Source of the DNA: the human T2T-CHM13v2.0 reference genome, Homo sapiens
DNA length: 64,000 bases
Direction: 5' to 3' (one strand)
NCBI RefSeq assembly: GCF_009914755.1
Contig: NC_060931.1
Of the stretch, positions 1 to 12,586 are shown piece after piece. Under the pieces are notes generated by a model. It was given only the letters and a program-made list of their open reading frames with translations. It had not been told where the DNA came from and ran no database searches. How positions within the stretch are numbered: position 1 is the first letter of the stretch; each line of letters begins with the position of its first letter. A program made the position numbers and the translations under genes.

Positions 1-200
1 CAACAGGTACAGAAAAAGTATTAGATGAAATTTAGTACCTATTCATGATTTTTCAAGAAATTCCTGGAAAACTCAGAATAGAAAGGAACCTAATAAAATA
101 TTTCTACAGAAGCCTGTGGTAAACATGGTACTTGATGGGAAAATGTGAAAGCATTTCCTTCATAAGAGAATAAACAAGACCAGCATGCCTGCTATTATTC
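1..200 (+). mobile_element. Old L1M ORF2 (RT-region) fragment, runs off the window start
   Basis: Degenerate match to the ORF2 segment AEKAFDKIQHPFMIK...KPTANIILNGE..KAFPL..GTRQGCPL (gaaagcatttccttcataagagaataaacaagaccagcatgcctg). Confidence 0.7.
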
Positions 201-731
201 CATAAAAAGCTAACAATTGTACAGTACTGATGCTATGCCAAACAGGGCTCTAAGTGCTTTGCATTTAGGCAATGGATAGAGAATTTGGTGGGGTTCAAGA
301 CTCTGACTTAACTTTCTCAGAAATGCAACTAGCAACTAATTTTCTGGTGACTTATGGATACTACTAGCATCTCTAGAAGAGCTGCTTCAAGCGAACACTA
401 CCACCCTCCCAAGAATCTCTGCAGTGTAAAGTGAATCTTGTTGTTTATTGTGCGAGATTAGGCAATGCAATATTTCTGATGAAAATTTGAACTCTTTGGA
501 ATTAGACTGGCTTCATTTTCTGAAAACAGCAATAGTGATCTACTTTACAGCAGAACACAGAGAAAATCTGTCTGTGTGTGGTCAGTACTTTCTGGTCCTT
601 TAAGGAAAAACAACATACAACACTAAAATGTTGTACCTCCCACTTTACAGTATTTTAAAAAGGATCTCAGAAAAGATCATATGTAAACACAACTGGTTAA
701 ATTTAAGATGGTCAAAGGATTGGATATTCTG

Positions 732-733
<2 letters not shown>

Positions 734-762
<29 letters not shown>
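734..762. repeat. Poly(T)29 homopolymer
   Basis: Seen directly. Confidence 0.98.
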
Positions 763-765
<3 letters not shown>

Positions 766-943
766 GTATCCCACTGCCTGCCTAGCCCCAGAAATACAAG
801 GAACTCAGAAAAGAAAGGGAGGGAAGAAGGAAGGAAAGACTGATTCGATAAGCTAAGGAAAAGTAAAGCAACAACTATTCCTCTTCAATTTTATTTAACC
901 TTTTATAATACTTGATATTTCAGATGCTGGGAAATGTGTCATA

Positions 944-1045
944 TTCAGTTTGATTCAATAAATGTGTGTTAAGCACCTACGATTAGGCACCGTGGTAGGC
1001 ACTGGGTATAGAGATGAAGAAGGCATGAGATATTCCCTGGAGAGA
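944..1045 (-). mobile_element. L2 3' end fragment
   Basis: attcaataaatgtgtgttaagcacctac...aggcaccgtggtaggcactggg resembles the reverse complement of the L2 3' terminus. Confidence 0.65.
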
Positions 1046-1619
1046 TGTGAGGTTAATGGAAATTGGAAGCATGTGTATTTCCCTCCAGGCAACTAAAAAG
1101 GTGCTTTGCAGACATCTGAACACAGATCAAGAGACACTTTCAAAAATATGAACACTGCATGTAAAAAGTTGAATACCAAAATGAATTTTCTGTCAGCATC
1201 AATACAACAAACCTATTCCTGGCTTATGAAGAGAAAGAAAAAGGATCAGACTCTAATACAAAATAATTTGAAGAATAATTAAAAATATGACTGATTTGAA
1301 GAAGAACAGCCTTATCTACATTCACCTGGTCATTTGGGGGGAAGAAATATATGTATATATAATGTACTATTACAGGAGACTGCCTTTTCTAAAAAGTTGG
1401 TTGTTTTGTTGTCAATGTCGTTTGAGTTCAGCTGCACATATTGGATTGGTGACATGACCCTGAGCATAGCAATTCAGGCTCTGACCAAACAGAGCTGTCA
1501 TGACCAAAATGATAATCAATTACCAAGGACATAGTGAAGAGATGTCCACACTGGACTGGCTGCAGGACGTAACAGAGAGGGAATTCTGCGAAGTTAGAAG
1601 ACTTGTTGGTTCTAAGCCT

Positions 1620-1702
1620 AAATAATAGCTAAAATGTATAGAGCCCTTATTATATTCCAGGTTGTATGCTAAACCCTTATAGATATTATTTCCTTTTAAT
1701 CT
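1620..1702 (-). mobile_element. MIR fragment
   Basis: aataatagctaaaatgtatagagcccttattatattccagg...tgctaaac, typical of the MIR tail in reverse. Confidence 0.6.
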
Positions 1703-1779
1703 GATGGTTTAGATTTGGGCCTGAAAAATGCCTATATGTAAACTCAGGCCATACCATTTTGCTTTCTGCTCATCTGCCA

Positions 1780-1973
1780 TGGCAAAGTCTAGCGTTATTG
1801 GCATTTAGACTATGTAATTCTTTCTTATGGGGGACTGTCCTGTGCGTTGTAGGATGTTTAGCAGTATATCCCCAGCATCTAGTAGATGCCAGTAGCAGAA
1901 AAAAAAAAAAAAGGTTTCAGATGTTACCTAATGTTCTCTGACAGTGAAAATTGTCTCTGGTTGACAATCACTT
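1780..1973 (-). mobile_element. MER20 (hAT-Charlie non-autonomous DNA transposon)
   Basis: ctgtcctgtgcgttgtaggatgtttagcag...ctagtagatgccagtagca...ctggttgacaatcact matches the reverse complement of the MER20 core. Confidence 0.8.
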
Positions 1974-2747
1974 TAACAGAGGAATACTTATTATCTTGAG
2001 AAAATGTCCACAATGAGCTAAAAGATGAAAGGAGAAAGCTCCAAAGCACTATGACAAATAGGCCTGCCCACTCCCCTCCCGGCTCTCTCCTCCTCTCCTA
2101 CCTAGCACCTCTTTTATACACACATATGCATAGTAACTTTTTTAAAAAGGACTGAAAGGATATTCACCAAAATGTATTAAAATTATTTGGGATGGTAAGA
2201 TTATAGGTTTGTTTGCATTCATTGATGTTGTTCGAGTTGAACTTGCATTCCTTTTATCATAAAGAACAAAGACAGTAGTCTCTAATAAACATCACTAAAT
2301 GGGCCTCCAGCATCTACAGAACAGTGTCTACTTCCAAAGCAAAGGATAGTCAATGACTAAGGATTGCAATGTAAATATCGAAATTTTCTAAAAAGAGGGC
2401 TCCCCTACCCCACAATACTGAGCGTTCACTGCAGGGATTAAGGAAGGTTGGCATACATGGAGAATGGATCTTCCCTATTATGCATGTCCCCCTCGCCAAG
2501 CCATTGGCCTAGCTGCTCAGGATTGTTTGAAAACTTAGGATTCCAGGTGGAATTCGCCCCTAGTCAATTTGGAACAAGTAAACAGAAAACCAACATTCCT
2601 GTGGTACTCTGCTTAACAAATATACTCAACAGGAGTGTTTGTGTGTGAAGAATGTGGAAAGAAAATAAGCAATAGTCACTTAGGAAACATATGGTTCTGA
2701 AAAACACAGGAACCATTCCATTTCCCCACATTTACCAGGCCTCAAAT

Positions 2748-2750
<3 letters not shown>

Positions 2751-2808
<58 letters not shown>
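2751..2808. repeat. (CA)25(TA)4 microsatellite
   Basis: Seen directly. Confidence 0.98.
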
Positions 2809-2809
<1 letters not shown>

Positions 2810-2908
2810 TTCCAGAGAAATCTTTAGTTGGTAATAAGGCCATTTGAAGAAGCAGGCCCGAATGAAGGAGGTCCCATTCCTGACTTGCAGGAGATCCTTG
2901 GGACTCAC

Positions 2909-2993
2909 AGTTAGACCCGGTAGGATCATGTTACCAATAAGATTTTTCTGTGGCACCTCAAGGTGAAGTTCTTTGAGTATTGAGAATGTGCTG
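2909..2993 (-). other. Candidate internal exon (85 nt, or 82 nt via NAGNAG acceptor)
   Basis: Minus strand: ctcttttgcttccctttcttag|CAG|CACATT...CTAACT|gtgagt; long pyrimidine tract and gtgagt donor; no transcript evidence. Confidence 0.45.
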
Positions 2994-3889
2994 CTAAGAA
3001 AGGGAAGCAAAAGAGTGCACAAAGCAGTAGCCAAGGACACAATCAAACTTCGCCTAGTTTCCTATTCTCCACTGCCTGGCCCAAACACTGATATACAGCT
3101 AGTTTGGTTGTAAATAAGTCTTTCTCAAAAGGCTCAATCCAAATCAACCATTGTAGCCAGAAACTCTATCTAAATGTAAGTCTTCCAAAATATTTTCCAC
3201 ATATAAAACATTTACTTCAAATATTCAAGTTTCTACTCAAGTCAGCTATAATGAACTGTGATGATGTCTTCCTGAGTAATCTTCAAAACCCAGGATTCTT
3301 AAACGACAGGATTAAATCTCTTCCAGTGTTGTTCTTCTAAGGCAAAATGCTTTTGGATTTCTCATTACAGACAACTGTTTTTACTTATAATCCCATGTAA
3401 ATGTAAAAATACTTTTTATTATCCATGAGGATGTGTGTTTTAGATTCATGTAATTTTTTGAGAGATGCTAGAAGAATATCAAAACTATGATATTTCTCTT
3501 AGACCTCATAACCTTGAAAATTCCCAAATGATATTTCTTAAGGTGCTTTGAGAATTACAGACTCCTTAAGGTTAGTCCCTAACAACACACTGGGAAGCTT
3601 GCTAGGGGAGCATATGTGTAACTCCTAGTGAAACAGGAAGAAGAAGGATTACTGTGTCTTTGAGCCCACTGCCCCAGGGTAGATTGTCCTACCTTGGGAG
3701 GATATGTCTTCTGTTGTGTTTTTCAGGGGAGAAAGTGCAGAGGGATGAAGGAAGAAAGACTGTTGCTGAAAAGATTCAGGAAAGAGAATAGATGTTTTCA
3801 CAATACCGTTAGAAGTAAGACCGAGTGATTATCAGGGGAGCCAACTTATTCACCTGCTCAATATGGTGATGAACAGAGAGAATGCTCAC

Positions 3890-4014
3890 CTTATCTGCCA
3901 AGAAAGCCAACATTTTTCCCTGCCAAGTTTGAAGAGTAGAATTAAACTCATTAAGCTTTTCTAGATCCCACTTGTATCTCATTCTGATTTTTCTTTCTAG
4001 CTTAGATAATGTGA
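3890..4014 (-). other. Candidate internal exon (125 nt)
   Basis: Minus strand: ttttttttttaaag|TCACAT...GATAAG|gtgagc; strong donor, weaker AAG acceptor; one frame open (TLSKLERKIRMRYKWDLEKLNEFNSTLQTWQGKMLAFLADK). Confidence 0.3.
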
Positions 4015-5049
4015 CTTTAAAAAAAAAATGAACTGTTTTATTAATTTAATGTGACCTTGACAGCTCTGTGTAGATTGGAAAAAGAGCCTAAAGGAAAGCC
4101 TAGTTCTGCTCACTCTAAAGAAAACAGTGACTTTAGGAAAGAAGATGGAGTAGTGGGGAAGAGTCAGGTCCCTGGAAGGTTTTACTTTACAGGCTTCTCT
4201 GCTCCTTAATTGGATCTGAGCCTTGTAGCCCCTTGAGAACACTGAGGTAGAAATCGGAAGGGTGCTCAGTGGCTTGGACCATGGCATAAAGGAAGAAAAA
4301 AAAAAGAAAAGAAAAAAAACACACATATACACAAACATAGATACCCAGACTAAAAAAGTAGCCAAATAAGAAAGCCACATAAATGTCTAAACCATCCAAA
4401 TCACAAGATGATCACAAGTCACCACTTCAGGGTTTCCATCTACTACCAAAACAAGCATATGTATGAATCCATTGATAACATATCCTTTGACCCCCTGCTC
4501 TGGTAGAGTGTTACATCTTAAGAATTACTTTTAGCTGATGTCTTCTTTCCTCTGCTATAACTTGATATTGTACACTCTCACACTCGCTCTCTCTCTCCCT
4601 CTCCAGCTTTTTCAGAACAAAAAAAAAAAACTTTAATTCTGTTATTTAAAAGACTTACAGTTTTGGAAGAGTCTCCAAACCTAGCACTAACCATCAATTC
4701 TTGGTTCTTACCATCAGAACCATCCTCCCCTCTAAAGTGGCAGTAGCCCTGGCCAACTTTGCCTATCAGTGCTGCCTCCATAGAATTCTGCCTTGATGTG
4801 GGCACACCATGTATGTGTCTGTTTCAGCAACAAGAATTCATTTAATCAGAAAGTTTGAAAAGTTGAATATTCTAGTTAACTTTCTGAGAAACGATTTCAA
4901 ACCTATAAAGTTATGTTTTTTCAAAACATACTACTTTCTGGCTGCAATTTGAGGATAACAAATTTGCCTAGGTTTCTGTAAGTGATAAGAATCTAGCAAG
5001 AATCTAAATAGATGTCAGGCTTTACGGGTTAAGTGGTATTTAACTACAT

Positions 5050-5160
5050 TGCCTTGCTTCTCTGTAAATGGAGATCATCAGTATTTTAAGATTAAATGAG
5101 ATGTATGCCATGTCCTGGTGCAGGATCTGAAATCTAGTAGGTACTCAATATATATTACTT
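5050..5160 (+). mobile_element. MIR fragment
   Basis: tctgtaaatggagat...aagattaaatgagat...tagtaggtactcaata, MIR core and tail. Confidence 0.6.
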
Positions 5161-8107
5161 TATGTTAACTTAGTTCTTCCTTTGTATTTAACTCTAATTT
5201 CTTTTCTACTTTTTCTCTTTAGGGTTAAAGGCAGCTCCATTTACAGAGTATGACTCTTATCTGGATGGGATTTGGGCTGTCTTCTATCTTATCCTTCATG
5301 TGGTTTATTTTTTGTTATGGAATCTTTTAATGTCAGATGTTGCTAGGCAATCTTTTCTGGCTTGATTAATTTAGTTCTAGTACAAACAAAAATATATCCA
5401 AATCTCCACTAATGTTGTTTCTCTTCCAAAATAAATATGTTCTACTTTTGTGTCAAATGGCTTTTATGATGTGGTTCCAGACCTTCACAGGGCTGTGGGT
5501 GATCATAAACTTAGTAGTTTAACTATTTCACCATTCATTGTTAATATAAATCCATGGAGAACAAATAATAAGAAGTGATGAAGTACTGCTAAAATAAACC
5601 CTCCATATTAATTGGATAGGAAAGCACATGAGTTTCAAATTGTAAGCAGACAAAAAAAGAGGTGTGATTTCGTTTTGGAATTCATTCTGAATCTATATAG
5701 TATGGGGAAAATGTGACCTTTAATTTCCAAGGAAACTCTGATATGCCATAAGGTGGGCAGCACATAGTAACAGGTTCCTACAATTATTTAGGTGAATAAT
5801 CTTGAGGTTTGAAAAATCTACACAACTTTTAAAAGTTAGCAAAGGAAAGCCTGAACTGCTTTAAATTACTATTCACCAAAGGGAAACTAAAATATTCTGG
5901 CTTAAAAATTCCGGCTAAGAGTGTTGGCTTTAGATCTTTTAATATTTAATTTTGAAATGTTTTCTGATTTTCTGGTTCCTGATATCTAATTTTATTTGTA
6001 CAGGCTGTGGAATATTGCCAGGATCATTGCTTTTGGTATTTAAAAAAAAAAAAAAAGAACACTATTCAAGGGAACAGCATTCAGAACAATCTTCTCTTAT
6101 CCAAGGCTAATTTCCAGAGTAGCTTTCTGTAAGATTGTACCGTATTTTAGAGCTACATTAAAATGTCAGAGGACTCTATGGACTGTTTGATGCTGATGGA
6201 GTTACACTTTCAGAAATACTCACTGTGCTGGACAGAAGAGCCACAGCGCTGAGAACTACACTGCTTTTGTTATTAACAGGAGTGTAAGAGGGGAATTCAG
6301 TAAAAAGGGCTAGCATCCAAGTTCACAGTGGATCTTTTCTTCCATTGAAATTACGGATTATAATCAATGGCTTAGAAGGAACGAGGTTGGTGAATCTCAC
6401 AGAAGAGTTTTTGAGATACTTTTATTACACAAAAAAGCTTTTGAATGAGGCAATAAGCCTTCAAATGGAATGGCCTCCCTCAGATATTTTACTCATTTCC
6501 AGTTAGTCCTCAAAAATGAACAATGCTTCTAACTGAACAATCACAGTATTTCAACACACCCAAGGCAAACTGGGGAGGAAGAGCTGAATTATGATGAAAG
6601 CCTGTACTATTGTGACCTTTCCCATGACCATAATTGATGGATGTGCCCCTGAAACACTTTGCAGAGCTGTTGATATATTTAGAAGTGTGCCTGTGACTCA
6701 TTATGCTCATAGTATGGCAATAAATGACTATGAAGGCCAACTCAGTGCCCAAGGATATGGTTCTTTCATGTAGAATCATCGTCTGTAGAATATACAGTTG
6801 GGTCCTTTTGGGAATTGTGCAAGCTAGGCTCAGAGCTCTGTAAGCCCAGCTTTATTTTTTATCAGAATCAATATCAAATAGTTAATATCAAAATGTTTCA
6901 GCATCCATTCTGGTATGAATAAAAATGAAATGCTACAAATATTTTACTTAAAAGCTTATGCCGACTTTGGTTTCTCCTGGGATGTACAAATGAGGAAAGA
7001 ATGTCACTCCTACCCTATCAATCAGAAAAAGCTAGCTATACTACAAATCTTAATTTTTCTTGAGCCTAGAGAAGTGAAGTTTTAGGCTAATTAGATACCT
7101 AAGAAAAGACAGGTGTCTTCAAGAAGAAAGAGAACATGAGCATGGACTTACTAATGAGAGCAGAAGGAAGACAGGGCTGGCTGTCATACAAGTAAGTAAG
7201 ACAAGTTCCATTAAAATTTAATACATTCTTAAAGTCTAAGAGTAGGCCACTATGAGAATACAGAACTTCTGGAAATTTCAGACAGAAGGGAAATCTGTAC
7301 CATCTCAATCTTCTCCATGATTATTTAATAACAAAACAGAGCCCCTCTGCCTACTAGAGTAGCAGAAGCTAAATGATAGGCAATAGCAGCCTATCACTGT
7401 GGCAGTGACAAGAATAGAGACAAACCATCTCCAAAATACGGGTGCACAGAGAAGGTCTAATGATGAGGTGGTACAGTAATATTAATAAAAACCGATTGCA
7501 GACCCCACCCTGAACACAAGGTAATGATGGAGGAATTTGAAGTCAGAGATACAGTGAATAAAGCCATAGTAACAACACAACCCAAATCTGGCTCAACTTT
7601 TTTGTAGAATGACCTAATACCCCAAAATGACAGCCTAGCAGAGATGGGTGCGCCCATTCCAGGCATAAATACTAGTTTCTTGCTGTGCTGTTCTACACAT
7701 ATCTGGCATTCAGTGAAAAATTATGAGGCACACACAAACAAGGACAAAACAACACACTTATAAGAGAAAAAACAATGAACAAAGCCAGAGATGGCCTGTA
7801 TAATGAGCCATAACATAGCAAATTTAAAATTAATATGACATGTTAAAAAGTCTAGCCAAAAAAGTAGCCAACGTGCATGAACAGATGTTGATTTTCATAA
7901 GAGTTAAAAATGAAAAGAGTCAAATGGAAAGTCTAGAAACAAGTACAAAGAAACAGAAATGAAGACTGCCCTGAATTATCACTTAGGCAGACACAGTGCT
8001 GAAGGAAAAAAAAAAATCAGTAAACTTGAAAATAGGTCAACAGAAATTACCCAAACTGAAACACAGAGAGAAGGATAGTGGCTGAAACAGGAGAGAGTGT
8101 ACAAGGG

Positions 8108-8454
8108 TGCTATGATCTGAATGGATTCCCTCCCAAATTAGCTGTTTCCAATGTGATAGTATTAAGAGGTGGGGCCTTTGAGGTGATTAGGCCACAAAAG
8201 CCTCTCCCTCATGAATGAGATCACCCGCCCTTATAAAAGGGTTTAATGGAGGGAGTTTGTTCCTCTGTTGTCCTTCCACCTCCCACCACACGAGGACACA
8301 GCATTCCCTCCCTCAGGAGGATATAGCCCTCAGACGCCACATGCCAGTCTCTTTACCTTGGACTTCCACCCTCTGGAACTGTGAGAAATTTCTGTTCTTT
8401 ATAAATTAGCCAGTCTGTGGTATTCTGTTATGGCAGCACAAATGGACTAAGACA
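8108..8454 (+). mobile_element. MaLR solo LTR (MST/MLT1A-type)
   Basis: TG...CA termini (tgctatgatctgaatg ... aaatggactaagaca); internal gtattaagaggtggggcctttg and ataaattagccagtctgtggtattctgttatggcagca; 5-bp TSD aaggg/atggg. Confidence 0.9.
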
Positions 8455-8624
8455 ATGGGCTATGTACCAAGTGGTCCAGCATACACCAGCTGAAATCCCA
8501 GGAGATGAGAGAGAGAATAGGACAAAATAAATATTTGAAGAAATAGTGGTCAAGAATTTTCCAACAATATTAATAAAACATCAAATCATAAGTCCCAGAA
8601 GCTCAGAGGTTTAAGGCAAGTAAA

Positions 8625-8649
8625 GCACACACACACACACACACACACA
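8625..8649. repeat. Short (CA)n microsatellite
   Basis: Seen directly. Confidence 0.9.
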
Positions 8650-8820
8650 TCATATATAAGGTGTGGAAAAGTAAAAAGAAAAAGAAAATCTTAAAAACAG
8701 CCATAGAAAAAAGGCACATTACTTAACGGTAAGTTTACAGAAAGGTAAAATTGACAATAGATTTCTCATTAGAAAGTACTAGAGTAAGAAGACATGATAG
8801 AAGAGGGAGGAAAAATCTAA

Positions 8821-9042
8821 GGCTGAGTGCGGTGGCTGATGCCTGTAGTCCCAAGCACTTTGGGAGACTGAGGCGGGTAGATCACTTGAGTCCAGGGGAT
8901 CAAGACTAGCCTGGGCAACATGGCAAAACCTTCTCTCTACAAAAATTTTTTAAAAAAGAAAATTAGCCAGGCCTGGTAGTATGCGCCTGTAGTTCTAGCT
9001 ACTTGGGGAGCTGAGGTGGGAGGATCACTTGAGCCCAGGAGG
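8821..9042 (+). mobile_element. AluJ, 3'-truncated (no tail)
   Basis: Left monomer, A-rich linker and right monomer up to ggatcacttgagcccaggagg (J-type diagnostics). Confidence 0.9.
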
Positions 9043-12000
9043 AAAAAATCCTTGCAACTGAGAATTCTATACTCAATGAAAATAGCCTTCAAAACAGAAA
9101 GCATATTAAAGACTTTCATACAAAAAAGAAAATTCATTACCAACAGCCATGTACTATAAACTGTTAAAGAAAGTTCTTCAGGCAGGAAGAAAATGACACA
9201 AGCCAGAAACTTGGATTTACACAAAGAATTAAAGATCTTTGAAACTGGTTAAAATAAAGACGAACAAAAGGCTTTTTCCCATTTTAATTACTCTAAAAGA
9301 AAATTGACTTTTGAAAGCAACTGTAATACACATTTATTGTGTATGTAGAGGACATATAAAAGTAAAATCTATAGCAACATGAGCTCAAAGTCTGGGAGGT
9401 GGAGTTGGAAATATACTGTTGTAAAGTTCTTACACTATTCACGAAGAGGTAGACTACATGAATGTAGACTGAAATTAATTAGAGATATATATATGGCAAA
9501 TGCTAGCCAATGAGATGAAAAACATTTTAGAAAGCCAATAGTGGAAATAATATAATGAAACAAATAATAAGTCAATAGTGGAAATAAAATGGAAATGAAA
9601 AATACTTAATTCAATATATAATAAAAGAAAAAGAGAAGATAGAGTAGAAAACAGCAAGATTGTATGTTTTAATCCAACCATAATGGTAATTATATTACAA
9701 TTATATTGAAATGGTCAATACAAACTAATTATAAAATAAAGATAGATTTAAAAAGAAAAAGAACAAGATGCAAATGCATTCAATTGACAATAAGTTCATT
9801 TTAATTCTAATGACAAAAAGGTAAAAATAAGTATATGGGGAAAGATATACTATGCAAAAACACTAATCCAAAAAAAAGTTGCAGTGACTACATTAATGTC
9901 ACATAATGTGGATTTCAGAACAAGGAATATTTTTAGGGAAAAAGTGATATTATATAATGTCAAACGGGTCAATACACAAAGAAGACTTAACAATGCAAAG
10001 GCAGGGGTGCCTAATGACAAAGATATGACAAGCAAAATGAAAGAGGAGACCTAGAAGTAGAAATGGACAAATCCAACATTACGGTTGGAAACTTAAATAC
10101 TTTTCTCTTCCTTTTTCTGTAATAAAACAAATAGAAAGAGAACCAATAAGTCTGTAGAACCTTAGCAAAACTAGCAACCAACTTCTGTGAGCTCACTGGT
10201 ATTTACAAAAACCACCAAACAGCACCCATTCTTTTGCACAAGGAACATTCAACAAGACAGGTCTCATTCTGGACCATGAAGCAAATCTCAACCTTTGTAT
10301 CAATCTCAAATCTTTGTATGTAAAATCATACAAACTGTATTCTATTATACTAAAAAAAGTTAATCTAGAAATGGATAACAAAAACATATTAGAAATTCTC
10401 ACTTATTTGGAAATTAAGCAGCAGAATTATATGTAACTCATGAATTAAAGAGTCAAAAAGGAAATTAGAAAATATTTTTCTTTGAAATAAAGTAAGAATA
10501 CAGTGTAAAAAGATTTGTGGAAAACAGCAAAATCAGTGAGTCAAGGAAAAAGTATAGCCTTAAATATACTGAAGAGAAGAAAGGACCCTCAAAATATGTA
10601 CAACTATGATACATTAATTTTCCAAAAAGATAAAAATGGGAAAAAAGGAAAAGAAAGGGCTTAAATCAATTATCTAAACTTACATCATAACAAAAACAAA
10701 AAAAGGAGCAAATTAAACCCAAAACAAGCAGAAGGAAGGAAATAAGAAAGATGAGAACAGAAAAACCAGTAAAATTTTTTAAAGAGAAAAATGGAGAAAA
10801 AAATCAATTTAGCCAAAAGCTGGGAAAAACTGATAAACCTCTAAGCAGAATTACAGAAAAAAAGAGAGGGAGAGCAGATACAATTACAAACACCAATATT
10901 TCAACAACTCAGAAGGGATGAACATATTTCTTGAAAAATACTAATTACCAAAGCTTACTCAAGGAGAAATACATAATGTAAACAACTGTCTATCTCAAAG
11001 AAATCGAAATAAACTTTCCAACAAGGAAAATTCCAGGACAAGTTGTATTCATAGCAAACTCTACCAATAACTTAAGGAAGAAATATGAATTACCTATAAA
11101 ATCTTGAAAAACAAGAAGAGGGGCAAACACTTTCCGACTCATTTTGTGAGACCAGCATTACCATGATACCAAACCTAGATGAAAGAATTGTAGTGAATAG
11201 AAAACTACAGACCAAAATTCTTTATCAACATAGAGACAAAAATTCTCAATAAAATCTTAGAAAATTGAATCAAGCACTGTATACAAAAGATAATACATCA
11301 CAACCAAGTGGGTTGAAACCAGGAATACAAAGCTGTTCAATATTGGGGGGGAAATCAACATAATTTACTGTATGAACAGTCTTAAAAGGAAAACCACATG
11401 AATTATCTTGATAAATGCAGAGAAATCATATAACTCAACAACCATAATACTAAAAACTCTCTGCCAACTAGAAATAAAAGGGAACTTCTTCCCTTTTATT
11501 GAAGTTAAATAATTTAAAAAGTAATTTTATTTTTTTTAATTTGCATGCCTGTTTATTAAATAAAATTAAAGACAAGGGAATTAGAATAGCCCCCAAAAAA
11601 ATTGAAAAAGAAAAAAGTGAAGCCCATACTGCCTGATTTCAAGATTTTCTATAAAGCAGTAATCAAGAAAGTATGGTATTAACATAGAATAGAATCATAA
11701 ATCAATGGAACAAAACAGTATTTTACCAAAACAAATATGGTCAGTTAGTTTTTTTGCCAAAGGTGCAAAGGAAATATGAGCATGCAGGAATAGTTTTTTC
11801 AACAGATGGCACTGGAAAAATTGGATATCAACATGCAAAAATTAAAAAAAAATCCTTCCACTCTTATCTTGTATTATAAACAAAAATTAACATTAAATGG
11901 ATCATAGACTTAAATGTAAATCTTTATAAAATACCTAGGAGAAAACATTTGTGATCTTAGATTAGGCAGTGATTTGCTAGATACAAAACCAAAAGCATGT

Positions 12001-12127
12001 TCCATTTTTTAAAAATTTAGAAATTAGATTTATCAAAATATAAAACTTCTACTCTTCCAAATATATTGTTAAGAAAATAAATACAACCAATTGACCTAAA
12101 TAAGGTATTACTGAAAGACATGTCAGA

Positions 12128-12586
12128 GAATGACATCAACAGGATGGCAGAACAGCCATCAGCCCAATTCTCATCCCAGAAGCACTGATTTCTCAACCAT
12201 CTGCGGATAAAAGTTTTAGGAGCTTCAGGATCTAGGTGGGGGGTTGTGACAGCCTGGTGGAGCCCAAGGCCATGGAAAGCTGCTTTGACAAGGCAGCCCT
12301 GTGCCCTGGGGTAGCAGGCCAACCGCTTGATGCAGCTCCACAATCAGAAGCAGTAACCCATCACCCACCATCAGCTCCTTTTCACGCAGTCCCAGAGGGT
12401 GACCCACCCACCCAGTACAGAGGGGTCACACCCACCCATACCCTCCAGTAGTTACAGGCCCACTGATTGTGGACCCGACTGCATACACGAACACAGCCCC
12501 ATGACCAATGGAACAGAACAGAAAGCCCAAAAATAAATCCACGCTAAAGTTTCTGCTATGCAAAATAAGATCTGGAGAATGTTTTT
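12128..12586 (+). mobile_element. Collapsed L1MA-like insertion (5' UTR + ~40 bp ORF2 + ~40 bp 3' UTR) between 14-bp TSDs
   Basis: Flanks aaagacatgtcaga (12114-12127) / aaaggcatgtcaga (12587-12600); begins tgacatcaacaggatggcagaa; contains gaccaatggaacagaacagaaagcccaaaaataaatcc (DQWNRTESPKINP). Confidence 0.7.

Noticed and set aside
3997-4399. 127-aa and 70-aa minus-strand ORFs
   Set aside because: Driven by poly(A)/(CA) low-complexity sequence; no recognisable domain
6150-6790. Protein-looking plus-strand frames (VRGLYGLFDADGVTLSEILTVLDRR...; ORF 6591-6773) as a processed pseudogene
   Set aside because: No recognisable parent, no poly(A) or TSD, interrupted by stops; a TBLASTX search would be needed to revive it
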